The notes under the pieces are model-generated. The model was not told the DNA's origin. It saw only the letters and a program-made list of their open reading frames with translations, and did not search any database. Below are positions 12,123 to 24,130 of a DNA stretch of 64,000 nt, piece after piece (within the stretch, counting starts at the first letter, position 1; each line of letters begins with the position of its first letter). The position numbers and the translations under genes are program-made. This DNA comes from Octopus sinensis (taxonomy: Eukaryota), in assembly GCF_006345805.1 (NCBI RefSeq), contig NC_043006.1, positions 8,928,001 through 8,992,000 on the forward strand. The letters are read 5' to 3'.

Positions 12123-12542
12123 CTGTGTGTGTGCGTGTCTGTCCTTATGTGTGTTTGTGTGTGTATGTGTGTATATATAAGTTTTAGGTATTTTTCAATT
12201 TACAAATAAATGTTATCTAATATTTTGTGCTCTAAATCTTTTAACCTTATACCTTCAATTTGCCATTTCTCTTTTGCAACATACAGTCTTAGGTCAAATT
12301 CGTCTCCAAATTAGATCCTTTTCAGAAAATGTGCCAGCCTATTCATCCAAAGAAGCGTATACACACACACATACACACACACACACACACAATAACGCAC
12401 ACTCAAGCACACTCACGCACACTCACATATCTATATATATATATAAAATATAGATATACGCACAAACACGTACACACACATATATGCACATACATAAATA
12501 TATGTATATACATTTACATTTATATATATAAATATATATATA

Positions 12543-12582
<40 letters not shown>

Positions 12583-14421
12583 ATATATGTATATGTATAT
12601 ACATATAAAGAGTGAGAGGGTTTTGATGCTGATATTTGAAACGTGCAGCCGACATATATCGCTTCTTTTGCAGGATAAACCACAAACAATTGAACATCAT
12701 TGACTCAAATTTCGCAATTGTCTGCGCTATTACAACATACTTTACATTCGTTCAAAATAAATAGCGATTAGCACGCAAACATTAATAAAAGATCGTAATT
12801 ATACCCACGCAACCTCTCACGCTTAAATACTTGAATTCGTACAAATATTTACTCTCCTACATGCGCCTCCGCATTCAAACGTACTTGCATCTCGGCTACA
12901 CTTGGTAGCATATGTATATGTACAAACAATCAGTAAGATAAGATAAAATGATGTGTGCAGAAACACTTACACGGAATTAACTTTACATATCTTGAAACTC
13001 AGTTACATATACTTTAAGAATCGTTAATCCATTCTCTTTCACATACAAACACATTTACGCACAAATGATTTCTCAACACAACACATTCACACACACAAAT
13101 AACCACACACACACATTCACACTCACTGACGCTCACACGAAATTATCAGAAGCAGTTATCGTGCTAATGTTGTATAGAGTATATTGCGTATAAACGTCGT
13201 TCAAAACTGCTCAATTTAATAAAGAATGTGAAAGGAAAGAAAGTGGAAACATCAATTATATTCGATTTATCAAAAGCAAACAAAGCCATTTATTTTAATT
13301 TCATATATGCATTTACACGAATTCATCAGCTGGCTTTCAGTCTCGATCACTTTGTATTACGTCTAGACAATCTTACTAAGTAGATCTCTTATACAACCAG
13401 ACAGTCTATCTGCCAAGAACCTCCCTAATTTATTATAGACCCTGAACGTATTTCTTTCTCTGTTTGTGTATCTGTCCTTTCTCCTGGTTTTTTTTCTGAT
13501 TTCATATAAGTATAAATCCGCGTTTACCCTTGTGTGAGATGTGCATGGTTACGCGCGTATGTCAAAATATATAGTATGTTTGGTTCTCGCTATACTTTTA
13601 TAGTAGCAGTTGACATCAGGTCAGATAAAGCAAAATACCAATTATGTCCGAACATGTTTTCCTGGACAACAAAGAGAAAAATATTTGGAAATTATTTAAA
13701 TGTTTATTTTCATGTATTTTTCAGGCTTTTTTCTCTGATATCTTTAGCATAATTATGAAGTTTATACTGTATGACACAGGAAAATCATGACTACCAAATA
13801 GTGCTCTCAATCAAATATAGTTTTGAAAAACTGTACATAAACGGCCTTAATTTATAACGGATGCTAAAAAATAAAAGAAAAGAAATACATTTAGCAAATT
13901 CCTGCAGAAAAAAAAAATGTTGGAATAATTTTCTTTAGATGAATTTCTGGTGAATTAGCTGTGATTATATGGCGTTAATTATTGGAAATTATTGCCTTCA
14001 TTTTCAGACAAAGAATGTTCACTTAATATTCTAAGATATTTTCTAACATTATTATGATTCCCAAGAGCATTAATACAGCAGATGAGGTGAAGTGTCTGAA
14101 AGAGTATAGTTTACTTACGCCAGAAAATATTGAAAATGATTGGAAAATGATGTATTTTTAATCATCATTATCCCTTGGAGTTTCGTCATTTACCTCTCAT
14201 TATTAATGTTTTTATTGCGGAAACAATACTTTCAGCTTTGTCATCAGTTTTTGTTCCAATTATCTCAATAACTATATGTAGCGTTTGAAATGTTGTGTTG
14301 ATTGTATAACATAAGCAACTCAGTGCAAATATTGAGAAATAGGATCGGTCTGCTGCTTAACAATAGAAACACTTGTTATAATACGGATTAGATGAAGACA
14401 AAAATATCATTAATATTTTTG

Positions 14422-14645
14422 TGGCAGAATCGTTGGCATGCCGAGCAACATGTCTAGTGTCATTCATCCTAATTTACATTCTGAGCGCAGTTTCCCTCGA
14501 GGTCGACTTTGCCTTTTGTGCAATGGGGAGCGACGATAAAATAAATGCAAATGAGAATTTGTGTCGATAAATGCAAATTGAGAATTTGTGTCGACTTATC
14601 CTCCCCTCAGAACTTGCTGGCCTTGTGCCAAAATTTGGAAACAAT
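14422..14645 (+). mobile_element. Degenerate tRNA-derived SINE (family B)
   Basis: ggcagaatcgtt..cgaggtcgactttgcc..gataaaataa..gctggccttgtgccaaaatttg, homologous to the 49906 copy. Confidence 0.65.
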
Positions 14646-15039
14646 ACACTTTTTATAAAACAAGGATGAGATCCGACAATGTCAAGGTGAATTTCTTCGA
14701 GAATTGCTGAGTGTTAAGTTGATAAAATGACAGCTTATTAACAAAAACGCATTACATTTTCTCAGAATATACCGATACATTTTTTTACGACATTCCAATT
14801 TTTCAATTTTATTGGCTTATGAAGTTACGCAGGCGTCTAAGGCAAGCATTTACTTCCACATCAGTGCAGATAGCCCTTCTTCAAGGCATCCAAAAATTCT
14901 ATGACCAACTAATTGAGATTCATACACCAATTAAACTTAGGCTAAGATATCTTTTTCACAGCTATCTAAACTATAGCTTACAATAAGCTATGTTCATTGT
15001 ATTTTAGATAATGATGATTAATTGAAATAATATAAAGGG

Positions 15040-15042
15040 CAT

Positions 15043-15075
<33 letters not shown>

Positions 15076-15158
15076 CATATACATATACATACACATATAT
15101 ATATATACATATATATATATATATTATATATATATATATATACATACATATATATATA

Positions 15159-15215
<57 letters not shown>

Positions 15216-15230
15216 CACATATACATATAC
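15040..15230. repeat. (TA)n/(TACA)n compound microsatellite
   Basis: Directly visible. Confidence 0.95.
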
Positions 15231-15751
15231 ACATCTCTACCTATCTATTGATCTATCTCACTTTTTGATCATGAGTGCATCAAACTACGTGCGTGTATAC
15301 TCTCGTTTTTGCATATGCTTGTATGATCGAATGTACTCGCGCGATGCAGCTTCCCGAACGTGTATATACATCTATGGTAGTTAACGGTTATTTGGGATAT
15401 TTTTCTCGATGGATTGCGTGTTCTTTTATCTTTTTGCCAACCGTGATTTTATTTTTAATATTCTCTATAAATGAAGGTATTTTCCCAGTTTGATTTCTTT
15501 TCTTTCAACAAAACGAGAAGTTACATTGCATAAATGTTACTTGTAACGACTAGTATCCATTTATCACCCGACGAGATACATCTGCACCACCCCGATGCTC
15601 CTGAACCAGTTGTTGAGTGTCTCAAATTTGAGGCATCGATGTTAGATTTCTCGATGCAATTGTCGTAATTATAAATAAATTCACGTATATTCCAATTTGT
15701 AAGTGTGTGTATATATCTATGTATGTATCAGAGTCTCTGTTTCTCCCATTT

Positions 15752-15925
15752 ACAGCTTGACAACCGGTGTTGCCCGTATTGTAGGGGTTCGGCAAAAAGG
15801 TGATAAATAAGATAAGTACTAAGCTTCAAAACCAAGTTTAAGGTCGATGTGTTCGACAGAAAAAAATTCAGAGCGGTGCCCAACATGGCCGCAGTCTAAT
15901 GACTGAATCAGAGAAAAGATAAGTG
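15752..15925 (+). mobile_element. SINE family A, 3-prime half
   Basis: cttgacaaccggtgttg..ggttcggcaaaa..ataagtact..gcggtgcccaacatggccgcagtctaatgactgaa, matching the 47525/51538 copies. Confidence 0.7.
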
Positions 15926-16142
15926 ATAAACAATATTCATTATTATTAGTTTAGGTATATCCTGTCTCTTGGTATATCTTGAGAGAAAATTTCGAAGTGA
16001 CATATGTAAATGCTAATATTTCGATTTTTATTGTTATTTTACAATGTTATTATCGAAATTTTTATAAAGTATACGCATACAAACACATGCACTTTCTCCC
16101 ACATACAGATACACACGCACACAGATATAGACACTCCTACAC

Positions 16143-16181
<39 letters not shown>

Positions 16182-17459
16182 CACTCACAAATATATCTGC
16201 GTATGTGCGCATCTGTGTGTATGAGTGTTCCTGTTTTCGTCTTGCGATTCCAGGATCAGTCCCACTGCGTAACACAATGCACAAGTGTTTTTTTTACCAT
16301 AGCATGGAGCTGACCAAAACCTTGTGTGTGTAAGTATGTGTGTGTGTGTGTGGTGTGTGTGTGTGTGTGTGGTGTGTGCGTGTGTGTGTTTGTACGTGTG
16401 TGTGTGTGTGTGTGTGTGTGTTACTGTCTGTTTTGTGCCCCCATAACTATTTAACAACCGTTTTTGGTGTTTGCATTCCCTTAAGTTAGCGCCTGGGAAA
16501 AGAAACCAACAGAAGGCCTACTAGTCTTTAAACCTAATTTACTAAAATTTGTAAGCAGTCTCGAGCACGTCATCAGTATAATCACCGAAACGAGTAAAAG
16601 ATAAAAGTTATGTATTTGGAATATACGTTGCATTGTATTTGCACAGAATTAGGTCAAAATATTTGCAAAATTAGTTTATACTCTTAACCAATAGTAAATT
16701 ATTGTGAATAATGTTGAAATTATTTATCTGAAAATTCCGATGGAGTTTCTTTAGATAAAATAATTAGATTGATAGCGCCCCCCTCAAAAAAAAAAAGCAA
16801 ACCCAACAGAAATATTGTTTAAAATTCGTCGTAAACATTTAATTTGAGAGTAAAAACACAAAACCGACAAACAAGAACAGCGATCTTTGCGATAATTACT
16901 TCATGTGCTATATTCTCTCTCTCTCTCTCTCTCACCATTTCTCTCTCTCACCCATATCTCGCTTTCTTTCACCTTCTCTATTATTATTATATTTTTTGTT
17001 CTCTAATGATATTATGTTATATTTGCTCTCTTACTTGAAGAACGTAAATAGATCTCTTGTCAAATTGACTGGTAAATATTCAGTTAGGAAGATAATTGCA
17101 ATATACTCTTAAATATTCTATTGAAAATACATTGATATTTTCTCCTCCCTAGCTTTAGACGTTTTTGTTGGTTAAATCAGTGATTCTTTCTTTACCGAAT
17201 TTGTATCATTTCTTTTGTATTTCAATATAATAGAAGAATGGAAACCTGATCGCTTCACACTCATTTAAAATATCGCCATCGCTAAACATAGATAATTGCC
17301 AAACAATTGCCTTGTTAAAGAGTGATAATACGATGATAATATTAGTAAAATCAACATAAATAAAATGAAAAGAAATTGATATGGATAATACGAATAGTAA
17401 TTTTAATAATTCATTTCTTATCAGTTTTATCATAAAATTAATATTGTCACAAGAATGTC

Positions 17460-17662
17460 GAGCTGTGTCGGAGTTTAGCACTTTGGACAAAAACCTTAGC
17501 AGCATTTCGTCAGTTTTTTCAATCTGAGTTCCAGCTCCGCCAAGTTTGATTTTGCTATCAATTCGTTCTAGGTCGATAAAATAAGTACCACTTGAGTACT
17601 AGGGTCGATGTAATCGACTTACTGCCTGCCTCGAACAGGCTGGCTTTGTGCAAAATTTGAAG
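17460..17662 (+). mobile_element. Degenerate SINE family B
   Basis: ctgagttccagctccgcc..ggtcgataaaataagtacca..gggtcgatgtaatcgactta..gctggctttgtgcaaaatttgaa. Confidence 0.7.
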
Positions 17663-17814
17663 TGCATCAACAGTGCTCGTGATGGTGCAGAACTATTTCG
17701 TTGTTCTGCAAGCAGCTCTGGCAAGTCGAGCAGATAACACGTTAATGCTTGTAGACTTTATGTCAAAAATGTAAATCTCTTTGCTAGCAATAGCAAGAAA
17801 AAGTATCTAGACAT

Positions 17815-18600
17815 GCCAGTTGATTCTCGTCGGCGTTCAGATTTCCCCCGAAAAGTTCGTTGCTCTTGTAAGGTGCTTACTCTCCAAAGAACGACAAAGT
17901 GCGGCTATCACCGACCCCATTATCGGACTGACAGAGAACTGTTGTGGCCTGACATGACTCTATGCGACATGTGCCCGTTCTCGTCCTACGCTTCATCCAG
18001 GACTGCGGGCAGTCAAAACGACGAGCTTTGGGAGAGTGATTGTGACCAATAGTGACCACACTTGATTGTCATCAAGGCAGACTACGAGATATAGTAGCCT
18101 TGGTGCATGTCAGCATCCCCGGCATGCAGAATCCTCCATTTAGCGAGTGTTGCCAGCGAATATAGCGCCTGACCAGTGAAACACGTCCCTTCCACAGAAA
18201 GCGTAAGTGTATGCGCTCCACTCTGGTCAGACGTAAACTAGGACAAGGTAAGAAATATATATGCATCACCACTTCTGCGTGAGATTGGCTACGTAGGTCT
18301 TCACCTCATCACAATTCTTCACCACCTGGGGATCCGGCCAAAACAGACCTAGAACAGTTTTACCACCCCGCGTCACACAATGTTGATGGGTGACAGGGAC
18401 CTGCCTCTCTAGGTGCCAAGCCACTGACCTTTCTTGGTTAATATTTGCTCCAGTCACTGCCAAGTGTACTTTTAAAGCAGTGCCTAGTCATCGACATTAT
18501 GACGGTCACGTCGTTCGCATATGCCATCACGGATTCTCCCACATTTTACTTTGTGCTTGATGCGTTACAACGCCATCGATTGAGAGATAAGAATTTGAGT
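17815..18600 (-). mobile_element. Tx1/L1-clade LINE, degraded RT C-terminal fragment
   Basis: AVTGANINQERS (cf. SGAKINxxKS), LGLFWPD, and LTRVERIHLRFLWKGRVSLVRRYIRWQHSLNGGFCMP (cf. FLWxG..GGLGxP); frameshifted. Confidence 0.7.
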
Positions 18601-18684
18601 ATTTTAGCTAGTAACACCGGCATGGATACAGCAAGATAATATCGTGAGTTGTAATAGCTAAGAAATTAGTTAATTGTATTATAT

Positions 18685-18835
18685 AGGCGCGGTTGGCTGG
18701 TAAGGTGTTAATGTTCTAGACACATGGTTCCGAGTTCAATCCCCCGAATTGGGCGTCTCCAACTTTAAATGAGGCCCGAATAAAATCTTGCAAGTAAATT
18801 TGATACACCGAAACTGAACAGAAGCGCGTGGTACT
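18685..18835 (+). mobile_element. Degenerate SINE family A, 5-prime half
   Basis: tRNA-like head (ggttccgagttcaatcccc, B box) and ccgaaactgaacagaagcgcgt homologous to the 50777 copy. Confidence 0.5.
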
Positions 18836-18837
18836 AC

Positions 18838-18884
<47 letters not shown>

Positions 18885-19382
18885 ACAAAAAAGGTGGCAG
18901 TGGCTGCTTATTAGCTCCGAGAGACGATCGCCTTTAGCTATCTATATGGCGCACAAATCTGCGTCCATAAAACTATCGAGTAGGTGAGGTCATCAACTAC
19001 CACTTGCTAGCTAGACAACTACTGCCCAGTTTCTGGGTAGTTTCTTCTACTCAGTGAGAAGCAGTTGAGTCCAATAGGAGCCGCTGTTGACCGTCTGTTC
19101 GAGGGTTTTATCTATATATGTTCAGTGAAACATATTCCCTGATTTTCAAAAATAGAAATTTTATAGAAACTTAGCCTTTCTAAAAGAGACTTACAGTAGA
19201 CGTGTTGGGTATTAATATTTATTGCCAAACTAACGTGGAAGTCCAGAGATATAGTACGAATTCTGCTGTTGATTAGCTCCGAGTGGCGATGGCCTCTAAC
19301 TCATTTTATGACGCAAAAATCTGCGTCCAAAACAACTTCGAACGTGGTGGGGGGTCATCAACCACCCCTTGCTGACAATAAA

Positions 19383-20406
19383 TATTAGGTTGTCATATAT
19401 GAATTTATAGTAAGGTATAGGGTAAAATTTGACAGCTTCTTATTTCGCGTCATAATTATATTTTTAGAATCTATACTTTTTGTAAAAACCTGACACATTT
19501 TGCGCTTTATGAAGTATTTTGAAATCAATTTTTGATATTTTTTTAGAGATGGTCAAGTCTGAAAGCCGTACAATTCAGAAATATGGGTTCTTTATTGGAA
19601 ACACAGCATCACAGACAGCTTGGAATATTAATGGAGCATTTCATTCTAATGTTATTACACAGCAGCCAGATTTAGAATTGATTTGCAAAATTTCGTTCTC
19701 ATAAATTTGACCTCACAGATGAGAAACGCTATCAGTCAGAAACAAAGGTGGATAATGACGAATGAAAACCCCCGTCGAGTCAGATCCATCTCAAAGTGCC
19801 CGTGAATTATCGTTGTTATTTGTGTAAGTAAGTAAACAATATTGACAAGCTTTGTTCAGATCGGTAAAGTGAAAAAGTTGGATAAGTGGGTTCCATATAA
19901 ACTCAAAGAAAATCAGAAACAGCAACGTTTGGAAGCCTGCATTATGCTAATTTATCTCACAAACATGAGTAATTTTTGAACCGAATTATGACATGTGATG
20001 ACTGGGAACTTTCAGCACAATGGTTGGGCATAGACGAGCCAGCGAAGTATACGGCAGCCAACGGGACCACATGATGCAGAAACTTAAAGAAAAACAGCCT
20101 ACTTTAGTCAACAGATCCACTCCTATTTTATTGCAAAACAGCACCAGACAACACATCGCCAAAAGGACATTGGCAAAACTACAGGAGATGGAGTTGGAAG
20201 TTCTCCATCATCCACCACACTCACCTGCTCTTGCTCCCACTCACTACTATTTCATCCAGAATTTAGATAACATTTTGGTAGGAAAAAGATTTAATTCCGA
20301 CGAGGGTGGAAGACAGGCCTTCGAAGATTTTATTGACTCTAGATTGCCAGACATTTACAGTTCCGGACTGGAAAATTAGGATTAAGGTTTGATGAATAAA
20401 CCTATT
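19383..20406 (+). mobile_element. Mariner (Tc1/mariner) element, internally deleted transposase pseudogene
   Basis: 5-prime TIR-like ta-ttaggttgtcatatatgaa; MVKSESRTIQKY..TASQTAWNIN (HTH), KVKKLDKWVP and HPPHSPALAP (cf. WVPHEL and YSPDLAP); central catalytic region deleted. Confidence 0.9.
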
Positions 20407-21084
20407 CCTTGTATTTATAAAACTAATCAAAACTTAGCAGCACTCGTGCTATTTCTCTGAACTCCCACGTTATTTTGGCAATAAATATTTATACCCAGTA
20501 CTGCTGCTGTATCTCTCGTTTAGAGAGATTTTGAAACTATGACATAATATATATATATATATATATATAATATATATATATATACCACAAAAAAGGTGGC
20601 AGTGGCTGCTTATTAGCTCCGAGAGACGATCGCCTTTAGCTATCTATATGGCGCACAAATCTGCGTCCATAAAACTATCGAGTAGGTGAGGTCATCAACT
20701 ACCACTTGCTAGCTAGACAACTACTGCCCAGTTTCTGGGTAGTTTCTTCTACTCAGTGAGAAGCAGTTGAGTCCAATAGGAGCCGCTGTTGACCGTCTGT
20801 TCGAGGGTTTTATCTATATATGTTCAGTGAAACATATTCCCTGATTTTCAAAAATAGAAATTTTATAGAAACTTAGCCTTTCTAAAAGAGACTTACAGTA
20901 GACGTGTTGGGTATTAATATTTATTGCCAAACTAACGTGGAAGTCCAGAGATATAGTACGAATTCTGCTGTTGATTAGCTCCGAGTGGCGATGGCCTCTA
21001 ACTCATTTTATGACGCAAAAATCTGCGTCCAAAACAACTTCGAACGTGGTGGGGGGTCATCAACCACCCCTTGCTGACAATAAA

Positions 21085-22110
21085 TATTAGGTTGTCATAT
21101 ATGAAATTTATAGTAAGGTATAGGGTAAAATTTGACAGCTTCTTATTTCGCGTCATAATTATATTTTTAGAATCTATACTTTTTGTTAAAAACCTGACAC
21201 ATTTTGCGCTTTATGAAGTATTTTGAAATCAATTTTTGATATTTTTTTAGAGATGGTCAAGTCTGAAAGCCGTACAATTCAGAAATATGGGTTCTTTATT
21301 GGAAACACAGCATCACAGACAGCTTGGAATATTAATGGAGCATTTCATTCTAATGTTATTACACAGCAGCCAGATTTAGAATTGATTTGCAAAATTTCGT
21401 TCTCATAAATTTGACCTCACAGATGAGAAACGCTATCAGTCAGAAACAAAGGTGGATAATGACGAATGAAAACCCCCGTCGAGTCAGATCCATCTCAAAG
21501 TGCCCGTGAATTATCGTTGTTATTTGGTGTAAGTAAGTAAACAATATTGACAAGCTTTGTTCAGATCGGTAAAGTGAAAAAGTTGGATAAGTGGGTTCCA
21601 TATAAACTCAAAGAAAATCAGAAACAGCAACGTTTGGAAGCCTGCATTATGCTAATTTATCTCACAAACATGAGTAATTTTTGAACCGAATTATGACATG
21701 TGATGACTGGGAACTTTCAGCACAATGGTTGGGCATAGACGAGCCAGCGAAGTATACGGCAGCCAACGGGACCACATGATGCAGAAAATTAAAGAAAAAC
21801 AGCCTACTTTAGTCAACAGATCCACTCCTATTTTATTGCAAAACAGCACCAGACACACATCGCCAAAAGGACATTGGCAAAACTACAGGAGATGGAGTTG
21901 GAAGTTCTCCATCATCCACCACACTCACCTGCTCTTGCTCCCACTCACTACTATTTCATCCAGAATTTAGATAACATTTTGGTAGGAAAAAGATTTAATT
22001 CCGACGAGGGTGGAAGACAGGCCTTCGAAGATTTTATTGACTCTAGATTGCCAGACATTTACAGTTCCGGACTGGAAAATTAGGATTAAGGTTTGATGAA
22101 TAAACCTATT
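21085..22110 (+). mobile_element. Mariner element, second tandem copy
   Basis: Duplicate of 19383-20406. Confidence 0.9.
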
Positions 22111-22553
22111 CCTTGTATTTATAAAACATAATCAAACTTAGCAGCACTCGTGCTATTTCTCTGAACTCCCACGTTATTTTGGCAATAAATATTTATACCC
22201 AGTACTGCTGCTGTATCTCTCGTTTAGAGAGATTTTGAAACTATGACATATATATATATATATATATATATAATTAGTGAATGGAAGAAATGGAGTTGAA
22301 CGAAGATTGTACAGAATTCCTTTTATTACATTCTACACATGTTTCAAAGGCCACAATTTGGAAAATTGTGGCCTTTCACTAATTATATTCACTAATTATA
22401 TTAAACTTCAATTATCCGCACCAACGCACGGTTGCAACACCATACGGTCATATCTCCAACCGTGTTTTTTCTGCTGTGATTTTTGCTACCCAGGTATCGG
22501 TTAAGCTTTTGAATAATCCGTAACAAGATAATTCATCTTTCCATTTCAACAAA

Positions 22554-22605
<52 letters not shown>

Positions 22606-22767
22606 GTATGTGTGTGGTGTGTGTGCGGCGTGTGTTGTGTGTGTGTGTGGTGTGTATAAAGATATAATCAATATCAAACTGTGGTAAACAAAATTTAATA
22701 AATTGCATGAAATAAATGAAATGAAGCAGGACGGAGGTTAAAATGATTTATGCTTTTATTTCATACT

Positions 22768-22846
22768 TCAAGACAATTGTTTCGGACACAAGGACCAAGA
22801 ATTCCCTAGAGAGACCATAAAGGTCGAATTGGTACTCTTCAGTAGG
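22768..22846 (-). ncRNA. Degenerate type I HHR motif with extended stem II
   Basis: Minus strand CTGAAGA-gtac..(branched insert)..gtcc-GAAA-C-AATT-GTC; stems I and II have mismatches; related fragment at 23511-23566. Confidence 0.45.
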
Positions 22847-23799
22847 TGAGATTTAAAGTAGAATAAAATAAACAGAATTACGTTTAAAATATACACACAA
22901 TATTTCCTAAATCCTTAAATCCTTAAAAATGTTTCAGTCCGAATGCCGCGGCCATGCTGGGGCACCACCGCTAAGTTTACTATTTTTATTTTCCTAAAAG
23001 TTTCGTGGCGTCTTGCAAAATTTATAGGAAAATAGAAATAAGAAATAAGTGGAAATTTTACCGATGAGTGTGTTACATTATAAGGCACAAAAAGAAAATG
23101 ATTTTCTAAGCTATCATTCTTATTTAGCTATTATTATATTATTTCTTACACACATAATTATTTGTATCGAGATTAAAAACATTAATGGACTTGTCTGGTT
23201 AAATATCTATATTTTTTTTAAATTTTTGACTTTCTCGCTATTAGATTCAATATATATTTCATTAAAAAAATCTCTGTATAGAAAATAATGGTCAAGACGT
23301 ATGTGTATGCACGTTCAGAAATACCAAATAAGGAGCTACATGTTATTTTCTATTCATATTTAAAAATTTGCTATCCGTCTTCCGTCATTTGTACTATGAT
23401 TTTAAGTAATCAGGCTGCTAGTATTAGCATGTAAAATCGATTAATAAATTATATAGTTATTTATTTGTATGTTACATAAAAGTCAATTATCAATAGACAA
23501 TATAATTATTATGAAGTTCCCCTTTATGGAAATGTTGGTCCTTTTGTCCGAAACAATTGTCTGGGAATATGGAAGAAGAGTATAATCCATTTTAACATCC
23601 AATCTGCTTCGTTTCATTTATTTGATGGAATTTATTAAACTTTGTTTAATAAATCGAGTCTGATATTGATTATTTCTTTACATACTTTCATTCCTATACA
23701 ATGTATTTGAAAAAATTCGTAAATAACGTATGAGGAAACGACATTAGAAATCTATAGAAAAGATTCCTATTAAAGACGAAGATAAATTCATCCGGATAG

Positions 23800-23927
23800 A
23801 TATATATGTATATGTACATATATATGTACATATACATATATAATATATATATATATTATATATATATATAATATATATAATATAGATATATATATATATA
23901 TATATGTATATGTACATTATATGTATA

Positions 23928-23968
<41 letters not shown>

Positions 23969-24030
23969 TATGTATATGATATATATATATATGTATATAT
24001 ATATATGTAATATATATATATATTATATAA

Positions 24031-24083
<53 letters not shown>

Positions 24084-24130
24084 TTATAATATATATTATA
24101 TATATACACATCTATATATATACACACACG
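23800..24130. repeat. (TA)n compound microsatellite
   Basis: Directly visible. Confidence 0.95.

Larger units (their letters stand above)
8955..12420. repeat. Old diverged tandem duplication (copies about 8955-10330 and 10722-12365)
   Basis: Collinear similarity of roughly 75-80% by eye, e.g. cactactcatctgYcttccgttca, ggtggatttgttgacttt, cttgaatacgttaacagtcttacctgtgatac and tttcaggtttcataggaaga occur in both copies. Confidence 0.85.
18883..22250. repeat. Near-identical tandem duplication, period about 1702 bp
   Basis: 18883-20546 and 20585-22250 differ only by a few single-base changes/indels; (TA)n at both ends and at the junction. Confidence 0.95.

Noticed and set aside
10160-12362. Stop-codon recoding or alternative genetic code to explain the shared in-frame TAA
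   Set aside because: Substitution pattern is near neutral by hand count and the TE ORFs use the standard code; a pre-duplication stop or non-coding status is simpler.
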